From Candidatus Komeilibacteria bacterium S5_K13 (GTDB lineage Bacteria; Patescibacteriota; Patescibacteriia; UBA1558; S5-K13): a stretch of 64,000 nt of DNA. The stretch is from NCBI GenBank assembly GCA_019248485.1, contig JAEHGL010000001.1, forward strand, positions 11,446-75,445. Direction: 5' to 3'. The notes under the pieces are model-generated. The model ran no database searches. It was not told the origin of the DNA and saw only the letters and a program-made list of their open reading frames with translations. Position numbers and translations under genes: made by a program. This document shows positions 45,373 through 55,338 of this stretch, piece after piece; the stretch's first letter is position 1, and every line of letters starts with the position of its first letter.

Positions 45373-46734
45373 TTATCTCCTTCTTCCATAACTTCTTCCA
45401 CCGCCTCTAAATACTTTTCTTTTGCCATAACTTGGCTTGTATTCAATATCATCAATAGTTTCTACGAACTTCGTCATCTTAAGACTTTTGTTTATAAGTT
45501 TTTCAATGATCTTGATTTGCCTTTGTTCTCCTGGGGTTGCAAGTGTTATTGCTTTTCCTGATTTTCCAGCACGACCAGTTCTTCCAATTCTATGAACATA
45601 ATCTTCACAATTGTCTGGTAAATTATAATTTACTACAAGTTCAATTCCTTTTACGTCTAACCCACGAGATGCAACGTCTGTTGCGACAAGAATTCTTTCT
45701 CTTTTGCTTTTGAAAGCAAGTAATGCGCTACGACGACGACTTAGAGACAAATTTGAATGAATTTCTATAGCTTTAAATCCTGCTGCACGAAGTTTGAGGG
45801 TAAGTGTGCCTGCGCCATGCTTTGTTCTTACAAAAATCAAAACTGATCCATCATATTCTTTTAAAATTTTTTCTAAATGAGTAAACCTATCTTCATTCTT
45901 TATCATAAAAATTTCTTGATCTACGTCTGTTGCTGTTGTTCCAGGACGAGCCACTTCAATACTTACTGGAAGTTTCATGTGCTTGGTAGCAATTTTTACA
46001 ATTGTATCGGGCATAGTTGCTGAAAAAAGCAATGTCTGACGCTCTGCTGGCACCTGTCTAAGAATCTCTTGAATCTGCGGAGCAAATCCCATATCAAGCA
46101 TCATATCTGCTTCGTCCAATACCAATGTATTTACTTGTGTAATTTTAAAAGTTCTTCGTTCTAAATGATCAATAAGACGCCCAGGAGTTGCCACTACCAC
46201 ATTTGGATTTTTACGAAGCGCATAAAGCTGACGATCTATTGCCTCACCTCCGATAAGAATTGCCGTCTTTAGTCCCATTGAACTCCCTAACTTACTAATA
46301 CTTTCCTCTACTTGTTGAGCAAGCTCACGAGTTGGAGCAATAACAAGGCCTACGCCCCCCGTTTCTAAAATGCGCTCAAGCATTGGAATGCCATATGCAA
46401 ATGTTTTTCCAGTTCCAGTTTGTGCAACACCTATTACATCTTTACCTTGTAAGGCGATAGGAATGGTTTTTTGTTGAATTGGAGTTGGTATTACAAGGTT
46501 AAGTCTTTTTAGGACGTTTAAGATTTCATTACAAATTCCAAGTTCTGAAAATTTCAAAACTTCTTCCGTAAGTGTTTCTGGAATTTTATCTTCAACTATC
46601 TCTTTTTCTTCTTTGATAGTTTCTTTTTTTTGCATTTCTCTTGGCTTAAAAGCCCTTTGATAGCCTGATTTTGTATTTTTTTTATTGTACATATTTATGT
46701 TTAAAAATAAGTGACCCGGTTTTCGAAAGGCCAC
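45373..46734 (-). CDS. DEAD-box ATP-dependent RNA helicase.
   Basis: Q-motif, AQTGTGKT, DEAD, SAT and HRIGRTGRAG motifs. The N-terminus is possibly shorter than the track ORF. Confidence 0.85.
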   Translation of the reverse strand: MAFRKPGHLFLNINMYNKKNTKSGYQRAFKPREMQKKETIKEEKEIVEDKIPETLTEEVLKFSELGICNEILNVLKRLNLVIPTPIQQKTIPIALQGKDVIGVAQTGTGKTFAYGIPMLERILETGGVGLVIAPTRELAQQVEESISKLGSSMGLKTAILIGGEAIDRQLYALRKNPNVVVATPGRLIDHLERRTFKITQVNTLVLDEADMMLDMGFAPQIQEILRQVPAERQTLLFSATMPDTIVKIATKHMKLPVSIEVARPGTTATDVDQEIFMIKNEDRFTHLEKILKEYDGSVLIFVRTKHGAGTLTLKLRAAGFKAIEIHSNLSLSRRRSALLAFKSKRERILVATDVASRGLDVKGIELVVNYNLPDNCEDYVHRIGRTGRAGKSGKAITLATPGEQRQIKIIEKLINKSLKMTKFVETIDDIEYKPSYGKRKVFRGGGRSYGRRR

Positions 46735-46835
46735 TTCAATGACTATACGAACTCTGGAATCTTTTGTTAAGTTAAATCAATGCTTAATCATAACATGGAT
46801 TTATAAATAAGTCAAATATAATAATTGACAACACA

Positions 46836-46866
46836 AAAATTATGTGATATTCTTGAGAACACTTTA
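46836..46866 (+). promoter_or_regulatory. TTGACA plus an extended -10 (TGTGATATT) promoter for typA.
   Basis: TTGACAACACAAAAATTATGTGATATTC lies 25 nt upstream of the ATG. Confidence 0.5.
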
Positions 46867-46889
46867 ATACACTCAAAAATTACAATATC

Positions 46890-48686
46890 ATGGAAATAAG
46901 AAATATAGCCATTATTGCTCATGTTGACCATGGCAAAACTACCATTACAGACGCTCTAATGAAGCAAACTGGTATGTCTACTGGTGAGACAAGTATGGAC
47001 AGCAATGACTTAGAGAAAGAAAGGGGTATTACAATATACTCAAAAAATACTTCGATTTACTACAAAGACACAAAAATAAATATTGTTGACACTCCTGGTC
47101 ATGCTGACTTTGGCTCTGAAGTAGAGAGAGTTCTTCGCTCCATAGACTCTGTTGTTCTTGTTGTCGATGCACAAGAGGGGCCAATGCCTCAGACAAAATT
47201 CGTATTAAAAAAATCACTAGACTTAGGACTAAAACCCATTGTTGTAATAAACAAAATTGACAAACCAGCAGCAAGTCCGAGCGATGTTAAAGAAATGGTA
47301 TATGAATTATTTCTAGATCTTGGCGCTGATGATGATCAGCTAGATTTTACTGCGATTTATGCTATAGCGCGCGACGGTGTTGCAAAAAAACATTTACACG
47401 AAGAAGCGCGAGATTTTTCTCCACTTTTAGATATCATCTTAGAAAAAGTTCCTGTCGCTTCCAGTCCTGAGCTTACAAACAAAGAGCTTCTTGTTCAACC
47501 ATTTAATCTAGGCTATGATAATTTCCTAGGACGCTTAGCAATATGTCGTATATATGAAGGAACAATAAATCAAGCCCAAACACTAGTTATCAAAAACTCA
47601 GAAGGAATTGCAAGGCGTGGAAAAATTACAAAATTATTTACCTTTGAAGGACTTATAAAAAAAGAAATTGAAAATGCTTCGGCGGGAGATATTGTAATGA
47701 TCGCAGGGCTTCCTGATATCTACATAGGCGAGACAATTTGTGAAAATGAAAATCAAAAATCGCTTCCAGCGATAAGTATTGATGAGCCTACAATTTGTCT
47801 AAACTTTTTAATAAACAATTCTCCGTTTGCAGGACGTGAAGGAAAATTTGTTACAAACAGACAACTCAAAGAAAGACTTGAAAAAGAATTAGAAATAAAC
47901 GTCGGGCTAAAAATTGATTTCTCATCCACTGAATCTTACAAAGTATTTGGCCGTGGTGAAATGCACATTGCGATTCTTTTAGAAAATTTAAGAAGGGAGG
48001 GCTACGAGCTTCAAGTTTCTCAACCCCATGTAATCATCAAAGAGATTGATGGTGAAAAACACGAACCATACGAAGAAGTTATTATTAATGTACCTCAAGA
48101 AATGAGCGGGGTTATTATCCAAAAGCTTTCAAAACGTCGTGGAACAATGATAGAAATGGAGCCAGAGCATGGAAATCTTAGAATGGTTTTTGAAGTTCCT
48201 ACTCGTGGACTTCTGGGCTACAAAAATGAGTTTGTTGTTGATACAAGGGGTGAGGGAATACTATATTCACGCGTAACGGGTTTTAAGCCATATGCTGGAA
48301 AAATAGACAAGACAGAGCTAGGATCAATGATTTCAATGGCAACTGGAAAAGCGCTTGGATTTTCACTTTATAATATACAGGAGCGTGGGACTCTTTATAT
48401 CAAGGCAAATACAGAAGTTTATGAAGGAATGGTTGTTGGAAATGTTGCAAAGGGAAATGATATGGTTGTAAATGTTATAAAAGGAAAACAGCTTACAAAT
48501 ATGAGATCTTCAAACGCTGATGAAGCAATAAAACTTACTACTCCTCTTGAGATAACTCTAGAGCGTGGAATGAGCATAATGAATGATGATGAATATCTTG
48601 AAATTACACCTCACAATATTAGGCTTAGAAAACAATATCTTACTGAAATTGAACGTACTAGATTTGGAAGAAAAAAAGAAAAATAA
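46890..48686 (+). CDS. typA: Translational GTPase TypA/BipA.
   Basis: IRNIAIIAHVDHGKTT G1, DTPGHADF G3 and NKIDK G4 motifs, plus the BipA C-terminal domain. Confidence 0.9.
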   Translation: MEIRNIAIIAHVDHGKTTITDALMKQTGMSTGETSMDSNDLEKERGITIYSKNTSIYYKDTKINIVDTPGHADFGSEVERVLRSIDSVVLVVDAQEGPMPQTKFVLKKSLDLGLKPIVVINKIDKPAASPSDVKEMVYELFLDLGADDDQLDFTAIYAIARDGVAKKHLHEEARDFSPLLDIILEKVPVASSPELTNKELLVQPFNLGYDNFLGRLAICRIYEGTINQAQTLVIKNSEGIARRGKITKLFTFEGLIKKEIENASAGDIVMIAGLPDIYIGETICENENQKSLPAISIDEPTICLNFLINNSPFAGREGKFVTNRQLKERLEKELEINVGLKIDFSSTESYKVFGRGEMHIAILLENLRREGYELQVSQPHVIIKEIDGEKHEPYEEVIINVPQEMSGVIIQKLSKRRGTMIEMEPEHGNLRMVFEVPTRGLLGYKNEFVVDTRGEGILYSRVTGFKPYAGKIDKTELGSMISMATGKALGFSLYNIQERGTLYIKANTEVYEGMVVGNVAKGNDMVVNVIKGKQLTNMRSSNADEAIKLTTPLEITLERGMSIMNDDEYLEITPHNIRLRKQYLTEIERTRFGRKKEK

Positions 48687-49269
48687 ATATAGAGTTAAAT
48701 CAACAAGACTAAGTTACTGGGATTATTCTAATCCTGGTTTTTATTTTGTCACAATATGTACTAAAGATAGAAAAAATATGTTTGGTGAAGTTAAAGATGA
48801 AAAGATGATTTTAAATAGATTAGGATATATTGTAAAACATTGTTGGCGTGATTTAACAAATCATTATAAAAATTGTAATTTAGATTCGTTCATTGTAATG
48901 CCGAATCATTTACATGGAATTATTAAAATAAAAAATTTCAATTCTAATGAACCCGTAGAGATGGGTTTACAACCTAGTGTAGCGATTCGCATCGCACCCG
49001 TAGAGATGATTCATGAATCATCTCTACGCGAATCGCCAAACAATAATTACAAAATAGAAAGGCGTAAAATGTTGTTATCAAAAATTGTCGGTAGATTTAA
49101 AATGCAATCATCTAAAAAAATAAATCTAGTAAATCGTGCAATACATTTTCATTGGCAACTAGGATTTTATGATCACATAATACGTATAGAATTTGATTTA
49201 TGGAAATCTAGAAAATACATAATAGATAATCCAGCAAATTGGAAAAAAGATAATAATTATAGAAAATAA
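48583..49269 (+). mobile_element. REP-associated tyrosine transposase (RAYT, IS200-like Y1 HuH). The N-terminal 27 codons overlap typA and are probably not translated; the likely start is the TTG at 48664.
   Basis: YWDYSNPGFYFVTICTKDRKNMFGEV..., HuH motif MPNHLHGII, and C-terminal WQLGFYDHIIRIEFDLWKSRKYIIDNP. An internal GC-rich palindrome TAGAGATGATTCATGAATCATCTCTA lies between the HuH and Tyr regions. Confidence 0.7.
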
Positions 49270-49329
49270 AAAAACACCCCGAAAAACTGGATTTGATTAT
49301 TTAACCTATTCTTCCTACATATAAACTGA

Positions 49330-50502
49330 TTACTCTGAAAACCTCTTCGCTGTATTTATCAAAACCGCATTGATTTCTCCTCCAATTAATCTAATGTCAA
49401 GAATTCGTTTTAATGCATTTAATTGCTTTGGCATTATTGATTGACCACATAATTTCTGCACTCTATCAGCGACCTTATCTAAATCGTCAAAAGATATAAC
49501 CATACTTTCAAGACCTACTTTTTTCAAAATCTCCGCGCAACCCATCTGATCACTTACCAAAACTGGTATGCCTAAACATACTGCCTCCATTGGGACATTT
49601 CCAAATGTTTCAAATTTTGATGGACAAATTATTAAACCCTGAGAAATATAAAACTCCTTCAAGCCCTCAGAAGTCATTTCTGGAAAAACCTCTATTGTTT
49701 TTGGAAGTTTTTTGATACTTGCGTTTGGATTGGTTATAAAAGATGCGCTATGTCGCCATCCACGTTTTAATAATTTTTTATGAAGCTCAAAGAACAAATC
49801 AAAATTTTTGATATCTGTATAGCGACCTACCGCTGCAATTCTACGCTCTAGGGAATAATTTACTGCACAAGGATCTATGAAAACTCTTGAAACAGAATTT
49901 GGTATAACATAACCGTTCTTTATTTTACCCACAACAACCTCTTTCTCAACAACATCCCTACACAATTGAGATGGAAAAATAACCTGATTTGCTCTAGATA
50001 AAACAGACTTCTCCATTTGACGAAAAATCTTTTTTGGACCTTCTTTGAAATATTCTATCTCTCTAGATAATACTCCGGCATATCGAAGTACAATTGGAAT
50101 TTTTTCTTGACGAGCCGCTATTGATATAAGCCATGGCAAATAATAAGTGCCACTTAATAACATAACATCTGGTTTTGTTTCTTTTAAAATACTTCTAATG
50201 ATTTTTATTGATTTACTATATACGCTCTCAACATCTTTAATGTTCTTAGCCTTTTTTATTACAACTTCTATCGGTAAATCATGAATATTTATTATATGAT
50301 GATCAAAAATTTCGGGCGAAAAATGACGAAACAAGGCAGAGCCTCTCATGTGAACTTTTCGATTTAATTCTATACCTAAAAATTCATAGTCTAATTCATA
50401 TAAATATTTTATAAGATTAATATTAGAGGCCGTAATGCCACCAACGTTTTCTCTAGTAAGATTTATAGCTACTTTTAACATAATGTTTTTGTTATTTATC
50501 AA
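49330..50502 (-). CDS. Glycosyltransferase family 1.
   Basis: FETFGNVPMEAVCLGIPVLVSD C-terminal GT-B motif. Confidence 0.7.
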   Translation of the reverse strand: MINNKNIMLKVAINLTRENVGGITASNINLIKYLYELDYEFLGIELNRKVHMRGSALFRHFSPEIFDHHIINIHDLPIEVVIKKAKNIKDVESVYSKSIKIIRSILKETKPDVMLLSGTYYLPWLISIAARQEKIPIVLRYAGVLSREIEYFKEGPKKIFRQMEKSVLSRANQVIFPSQLCRDVVEKEVVVGKIKNGYVIPNSVSRVFIDPCAVNYSLERRIAAVGRYTDIKNFDLFFELHKKLLKRGWRHSASFITNPNASIKKLPKTIEVFPEMTSEGLKEFYISQGLIICPSKFETFGNVPMEAVCLGIPVLVSDQMGCAEILKKVGLESMVISFDDLDKVADRVQKLCGQSIMPKQLNALKRILDIRLIGGEINAVLINTAKRFSE

Positions 50503-50634
50503 TTTATGTTTGACAAAATATGATAAATATCATGTTCTTTGTCTACTCAGTCATTCTCTCACACTTATCTCAATAATCAAAATAAAAAAACCATCTTTAT
50601 TAAAGATGATTACAATTTAAAAAAATTATTACTA

Positions 50635-51936
50635 CTAATCTTCTATGCTTGCTTGTTTTTTGTGAACTTTTGGCTTCATTTCTCCTTTTGCAGCCTTTGA
50701 GAGAACCAACAACTTTTTTTCATATTCATGAACTTGTGGATCAAGTTTATAGGCCATATCATTTATTCCAAGCAAATATAATCCATCTAAGCTTGTAAGA
50801 CGAGACAGTGCGACATAGCCCATTCCATAGCCAAAAGATTTGCTCAAATCTATCTCTGCGGACTCAAGTGTCATACCCTGGCTTTTATGAACTGTAATAG
50901 CCCACGCCAAACGAAGTGGAACTTGATTTATTTTTGCCAAAATCCTATCTTCAGCATCTATAGTCCAAGAATCTGGCAAAACCTGTATATCATCTCCCGA
51001 ATTAAGTCTTACAATGGGAAAATTATTTTCATCAAAACCAACCACAATTCCCATACTACCATTTACGTATACTACTTTATCATCTTTGAATTTATTTTTT
51101 ACAAACATTACTACAGCTCCTTTCTTAAGAATCAAATCCTCTGGTGCCAAACAATTTTTCATTAGAGAATCTACTAATTTTCTCTCACCATCCCCTGTCA
51201 TACGATAACTATATTCAGGCTCTCTAATTTTTTGAAGCTCACAACTATTTATTAGATCAACGTCAACATTATGAGTAAAAAGTCTCACTGGTCTAATTTT
51301 ATGAATAATTTTTTGATTCATTCTACCCCTTAACAAACTTATTATCTCTTCGCTTACTATGTCCTCCCTAAAACTTTTTAAAATAGCAATCATATTCTTA
51401 TCATTTTGACGATGCTGTTCATCAAGATAACAAACTCGTAAATCCATTTCCTTCCACACGCTAGACTTGTATACAAAATCTGCTTCTTTGTTTAAAGGGG
51501 ATATTGGCGGAAGCTGAAAAAAATCTCCAGACATTACTATTTGCATTCCCCCAAACGGTAAAAAATTTTTCTTGAAAGACTGACAAACACGATCAATCAT
51601 GTCTAGTCTATATGAGTGAAGCATTGAAATTTCATCTATTATCAAGACATCTGTTTTTGCAAACTGCTTCTTAAGATAACTCTTTTTGGTAAGTGCCTTA
51701 ATATCTTGAGAAGAAATCTGATCTTTTATGCCAATTCCTGCCCATGAGTGAATAGTGCGACCCCCAATATGAGTTGCTGCAATGCCTGTAGAGGCTGTAA
51801 TTGCAACACCTATTTTTCTTCTTTTTAAATGATCTACATATTGATTTAACAAGTATGTTTTACCACTTCCAGCGGGACCAGTAAGAAGAACGTTGTGTCC
51901 TAATTTTAATATATTTAATGCGTCTTTTTGTTTCAT
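50635..51936 (-). CDS. Pif1/RecD-family 5'-3' DNA helicase.
   Basis: LLTGPAGSGKTYLL Walker A, ITASTGIAA, DEISM and QSQG motifs. Confidence 0.75.
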   Translation of the reverse strand: MKQKDALNILKLGHNVLLTGPAGSGKTYLLNQYVDHLKRRKIGVAITASTGIAATHIGGRTIHSWAGIGIKDQISSQDIKALTKKSYLKKQFAKTDVLIIDEISMLHSYRLDMIDRVCQSFKKNFLPFGGMQIVMSGDFFQLPPISPLNKEADFVYKSSVWKEMDLRVCYLDEQHRQNDKNMIAILKSFREDIVSEEIISLLRGRMNQKIIHKIRPVRLFTHNVDVDLINSCELQKIREPEYSYRMTGDGERKLVDSLMKNCLAPEDLILKKGAVVMFVKNKFKDDKVVYVNGSMGIVVGFDENNFPIVRLNSGDDIQVLPDSWTIDAEDRILAKINQVPLRLAWAITVHKSQGMTLESAEIDLSKSFGYGMGYVALSRLTSLDGLYLLGINDMAYKLDPQVHEYEKKLLVLSKAAKGEMKPKVHKKQASIED

Positions 51937-52031
51937 ACACTAATATTACAGGAAATGTAATACTATTTGAAGGGGTAAAGCACAAAATAAAAAACCCTGA
52001 TTTGACTCAGGGATTTTTAGATATATAGTAA

Positions 52032-52742
52032 TTAATATTTTGTAAAATACTTAATCTTTGCTTTTTCCTTTAAATCATCTATCTTAGCTTGAATTTCTGT
52101 ATTAACCTTTTGACTACTTAATTGACTTCTAATTTGCTCATTAGTAGCTGCCTCCTCTCCTTTTGGAACTACGGTATTACTATCTTTAATATATTTTGCA
52201 ACCTCCTCATCAGTTACATTCACTCTATCTCCTACCAACTTCTCGACCTGTTTTTGTAGTTTGATTTGTTTTTCCAAGTCAGCCCTTGTCATACCCTGTT
52301 GCTCTAATAAATCATCTATTTTAGCACCCTGTGCAGTAACAGATGCTTCTATTTTTTTTATTTCAGCGGACACATCTTCTTTACTTATAACAATTTTCTG
52401 CGCCCTAACCTCATTTTCTATAAGTTTCTCTGTAATAATAGAATCAAGTAGCGCTGTTCCATATTGCTTTTCAAGCTTTTGAGTTATAGAAGCACGACTA
52501 ATTAAACGACCATCAACAGAAGCCACCACAAAAGTGCTTCTAAGTGCAAAAAACAAAATTACTAAGGCTATTATTATTAATGCAATAATAATAAACTTTT
52601 TGTTATTTTTGATTAATTTTTTAAAGACAGCCATTTTTGCTTCTTTTGCAATTGCTGACTCTTCTTTTTTTTCTTCTTGTTGAACATCTTCTGTATTTAC
52701 AAATTCTTGCTCAACTATGGTTTCATTTTTTTCTTCTTCCAT
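52032..52742 (-). CDS. Membrane-anchored SurA/PpiD N-terminal-domain chaperone-like protein (no PPIase domain).
   Basis: Acidic N-terminus, one TM segment, then a SurA_N-like helical region (RLISRASITQKLEKQYG...). Confidence 0.45.
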   Translation of the reverse strand: MEEEKNETIVEQEFVNTEDVQQEEKKEESAIAKEAKMAVFKKLIKNNKKFIIIALIIIALVILFFALRSTFVVASVDGRLISRASITQKLEKQYGTALLDSIITEKLIENEVRAQKIVISKEDVSAEIKKIEASVTAQGAKIDDLLEQQGMTRADLEKQIKLQKQVEKLVGDRVNVTDEEVAKYIKDSNTVVPKGEEAATNEQIRSQLSSQKVNTEIQAKIDDLKEKAKIKYFTKY

Positions 52743-52919
52743 AAAATTGTGTTTTATTTATAAGAACTCTAATACCATATAATAATCTCATATATTTAGC
52801 CAAAAATCAACATAGCTAATTAAAATATACCTGCTTCGTAGCATAGCTATTCAAATGGTGTTATACTGAAATTAGAAGAAACGATTTATATTTAAGATTG
52901 AATAACCCAAGTTAATTTT

Positions 52920-53069
52920 ATGTTAACTACAATCGCGATAATTTTAATCATTCTTTGGCTTTTGGGACTACTAACATCCTACACTCTTGGAGGATTTGTC
53001 CACATTCTTCTTGTTGTAGCAGTTATTATGATTCTGGTAAGACTTATTAGAGGACAAAAAGTATTATAA
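52920..53069 (+). CDS. lmo0937-family small membrane protein (49 aa). It is below the track cutoff.
   Basis: MLTTIAIILIILWLLGLLTSYTLGGFVHILLVVAVIMILVRLIRGQKVL matches the LLG...GG.IH.LLVVA signature. Confidence 0.5.
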   Translation: MLTTIAIILIILWLLGLLTSYTLGGFVHILLVVAVIMILVRLIRGQKVL

Positions 53070-53200
53070 AGCTTTTTTTCCTTGTCTAATTAAAAATTTA
53101 TACACCTTTGCAAAAAAACAAATCTTATATTTTTAGTTTAAATATAAATGAAAAAATAGTTCCCGAAGAACTATTCTCTTATATAGTTTTAATCAATAAT

Positions 53201-54211
53201 TTAAGGACACCTAGCAAATTCGCAATTTTCTCCTGCACGAGAGACATACGAACCATCTGGACATAATTTTGCCTCTAAGGTACATGCAATAGCGCTAGAT
53301 CCAGTTGCAAATACAATAGGAATTTCAAGCGCATCATCGTTTTTGGGCAGTCCTGATGGATTGTCTTTTTTTAGAATTAAGGCTCCTCTATTACTATATA
53401 CATTTTTATCTAATATAAAATTAAGGGTTGCTTCAAATGGAACAAATTCATTTGTCATCCAATCACTCTTTGCATTTGCAATCCCTTGAGATATTATTCT
53501 ACCATCCCAATCAACCAGAAATACCGGAAAACTTGCTTCAAAGAACCGAGATCCTCTTGCACTTCCCTTAATGCTTAGCGGGCTAATAATAATCTGATTT
53601 GGCAGTGGATTTTCAAGCTTAATAAGATTTATTTTCTCTAATACGTTACCAACATCTTCTACAAAATTTTTATCGCCATATTTGCATTGTCTTGGATATG
53701 ATTCCATTACTGGACTTCCTGTAGAAACACAATCTTCAAAATTATTTACAGCTTTTGACCAAACAATATTTGTAATTTCTGGAATTTGCAACAAATTCAC
53801 CTCTACTTGAGGCTTGCAATAACACATAACTATTGATACTCCTGCCCACCCATCAAATTCTGGAATATAAACAGTTCCATCTTTTTCTGTAATATCAAGC
53901 TGATTCATAACGCTATTGCACGCTCCTGTTGTTGCTACATTTATTGTTTCTTTTATTATGTCTAGCTTTGTTGGATTCATTTCTCTAGTGCTAATTGACT
54001 TTGAAATAATGATTGTTTTTTGATATCCCACACTATCCATATTTTCACCATTACAATACTTTGTAGTATCTTCACTAGACATAAGATAATTAATTGTATT
54101 TATAGGGACAATAACTTCTTCCGTGGTTGATTGATTCAAGGTTTCATAAATCCCAAATACAGTTATTAGTGAAATAACTATAAATAATGATATGTATATT
54201 TTTTTACTCAT
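53201..54211 (-). CDS. Secreted protein, possibly with GerMN/Gmad2-like Ig domains and a Cys-rich C-terminus.
   Basis: Signal/TM N-terminus. SD AAGGAG upstream. GC content higher than the genome average. Confidence 0.35.
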   Translation of the reverse strand: MSKKIYISLFIVISLITVFGIYETLNQSTTEEVIVPINTINYLMSSEDTTKYCNGENMDSVGYQKTIIISKSISTREMNPTKLDIIKETINVATTGACNSVMNQLDITEKDGTVYIPEFDGWAGVSIVMCYCKPQVEVNLLQIPEITNIVWSKAVNNFEDCVSTGSPVMESYPRQCKYGDKNFVEDVGNVLEKINLIKLENPLPNQIIISPLSIKGSARGSRFFEASFPVFLVDWDGRIISQGIANAKSDWMTNEFVPFEATLNFILDKNVYSNRGALILKKDNPSGLPKNDDALEIPIVFATGSSAIACTLEAKLCPDGSYVSRAGENCEFARCP

Positions 54212-54316
54212 ACATTAATCTTACTCCTTTTAAAGAAATAAAGCACCTAATACATGTTGACAAACTCACATATGAATGGTAATCTGTCATATTAATAAAA
54301 ATCCATGGAGGATAAA

Positions 54317-55165
54317 ATGAAACAAGAGCAATTAGTCGGCCGATTACCCCTTACAAATAGTGGGGAATTACAAACTTTCTTCTTTGGCGTTGGATCTGCT
54401 AGTGCGATCAAACATTTCCAAAACAACTTTGTTATAATCAAGGGAAATCAACATATATCTGTTGACCTTGGAAACAAATCTCAGCTTGCCCTTGAACATA
54501 TAGCTGGGCTCAAGATGACAGATATTGAATTCTTTTTACCCACCCATTCACATGCTGATCATGTGGGTGGAATTGAAACCTTTGCTTTGGATAGTAGATA
54601 CGTAGGCATTCCTCGTTTAGGAAAGGAAAAACCAAGCGTCATTATCACAGAGGAATATCAAAGAATTCTTTGGGATGATACCTTGCGTGGAGGAATTTGT
54701 TTCAATGAAAGAGAAGAAGAAAATAAAAGGAATCTCTGCTTTGGAGATTATTTCAATGTTATTAGGCCGATTTGGAAACAAAAACAACCCAGAGAAATTT
54801 GGGAGCTTGATTTAGGTGGAATACACTTGGAAATTTTCCGGACCAAGCACGTTCCAGACAGTGCTGAAACCTGGGAAACATCCTTTGTTAGCTATGGCCT
54901 ATTTGTTGACGGGCATGTATTTATTTCCTGCGACACCAGGTTCGACATTGATCTGATAAACATGTATGCGAGTAGATCTTCAGTCATGTTTCACGATGTT
55001 CAATTCTTCAATGGTGGTGTACACGCATCCCTTGATGAATTGAGAACTCTTCCAGCGGAAATCAAGGCAAAAATGTACCTTATGCACTATGGCGACAACT
55101 GGGAGACTCAAGATATCACCGGATTTGCCGGACTGGCTCAACAAGGCGTTATTTATACGCCCTAA
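54317..55165 (+). CDS. MBL-fold metallo-hydrolase.
   Basis: LPTHSHADHVGG (HxHxDH) motif. SD GGAGGA. The track start at 54305 is in frame, but the ATG at 54317 has better SD spacing. Confidence 0.75.
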   Translation: MKQEQLVGRLPLTNSGELQTFFFGVGSASAIKHFQNNFVIIKGNQHISVDLGNKSQLALEHIAGLKMTDIEFFLPTHSHADHVGGIETFALDSRYVGIPRLGKEKPSVIITEEYQRILWDDTLRGGICFNEREEENKRNLCFGDYFNVIRPIWKQKQPREIWELDLGGIHLEIFRTKHVPDSAETWETSFVSYGLFVDGHVFISCDTRFDIDLINMYASRSSVMFHDVQFFNGGVHASLDELRTLPAEIKAKMYLMHYGDNWETQDITGFAGLAQQGVIYTP

Positions 55166-55182
55166 ACCAGACCAAAAACAAT

Positions 55183-55219
55183 AATCCTCGTCACAAAAAT
55201 GTAGCGAGGATTTTTTATT
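55183..55219 (+). terminator. Intrinsic terminator after the MBL gene.
   Basis: AATCCTCG...CGAGGATT stem plus TTTTTTATTT. Confidence 0.55.
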
Positions 55220-55338
55220 TAAAATATACTTAAAAATAAAAAACAAACGAATCAATTAAATCAATTAACATGAAAATAATAATTTAGTCTCGTCTTATCA
55301 GGTCTAATCACGCAATACAATTAAAATCATTATATTCA

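Noticed and set aside
48583-48663. ATG-initiated N-terminal extension of the RAYT ORF, overlapping typA by 104 nt.
   Set aside because: The homologous Y1 transposase core begins near YWDYSNPGFY. A TTG at 48664 gives a normal-length N-terminus, and a long out-of-frame overlap with a highly conserved GTPase is implausible.
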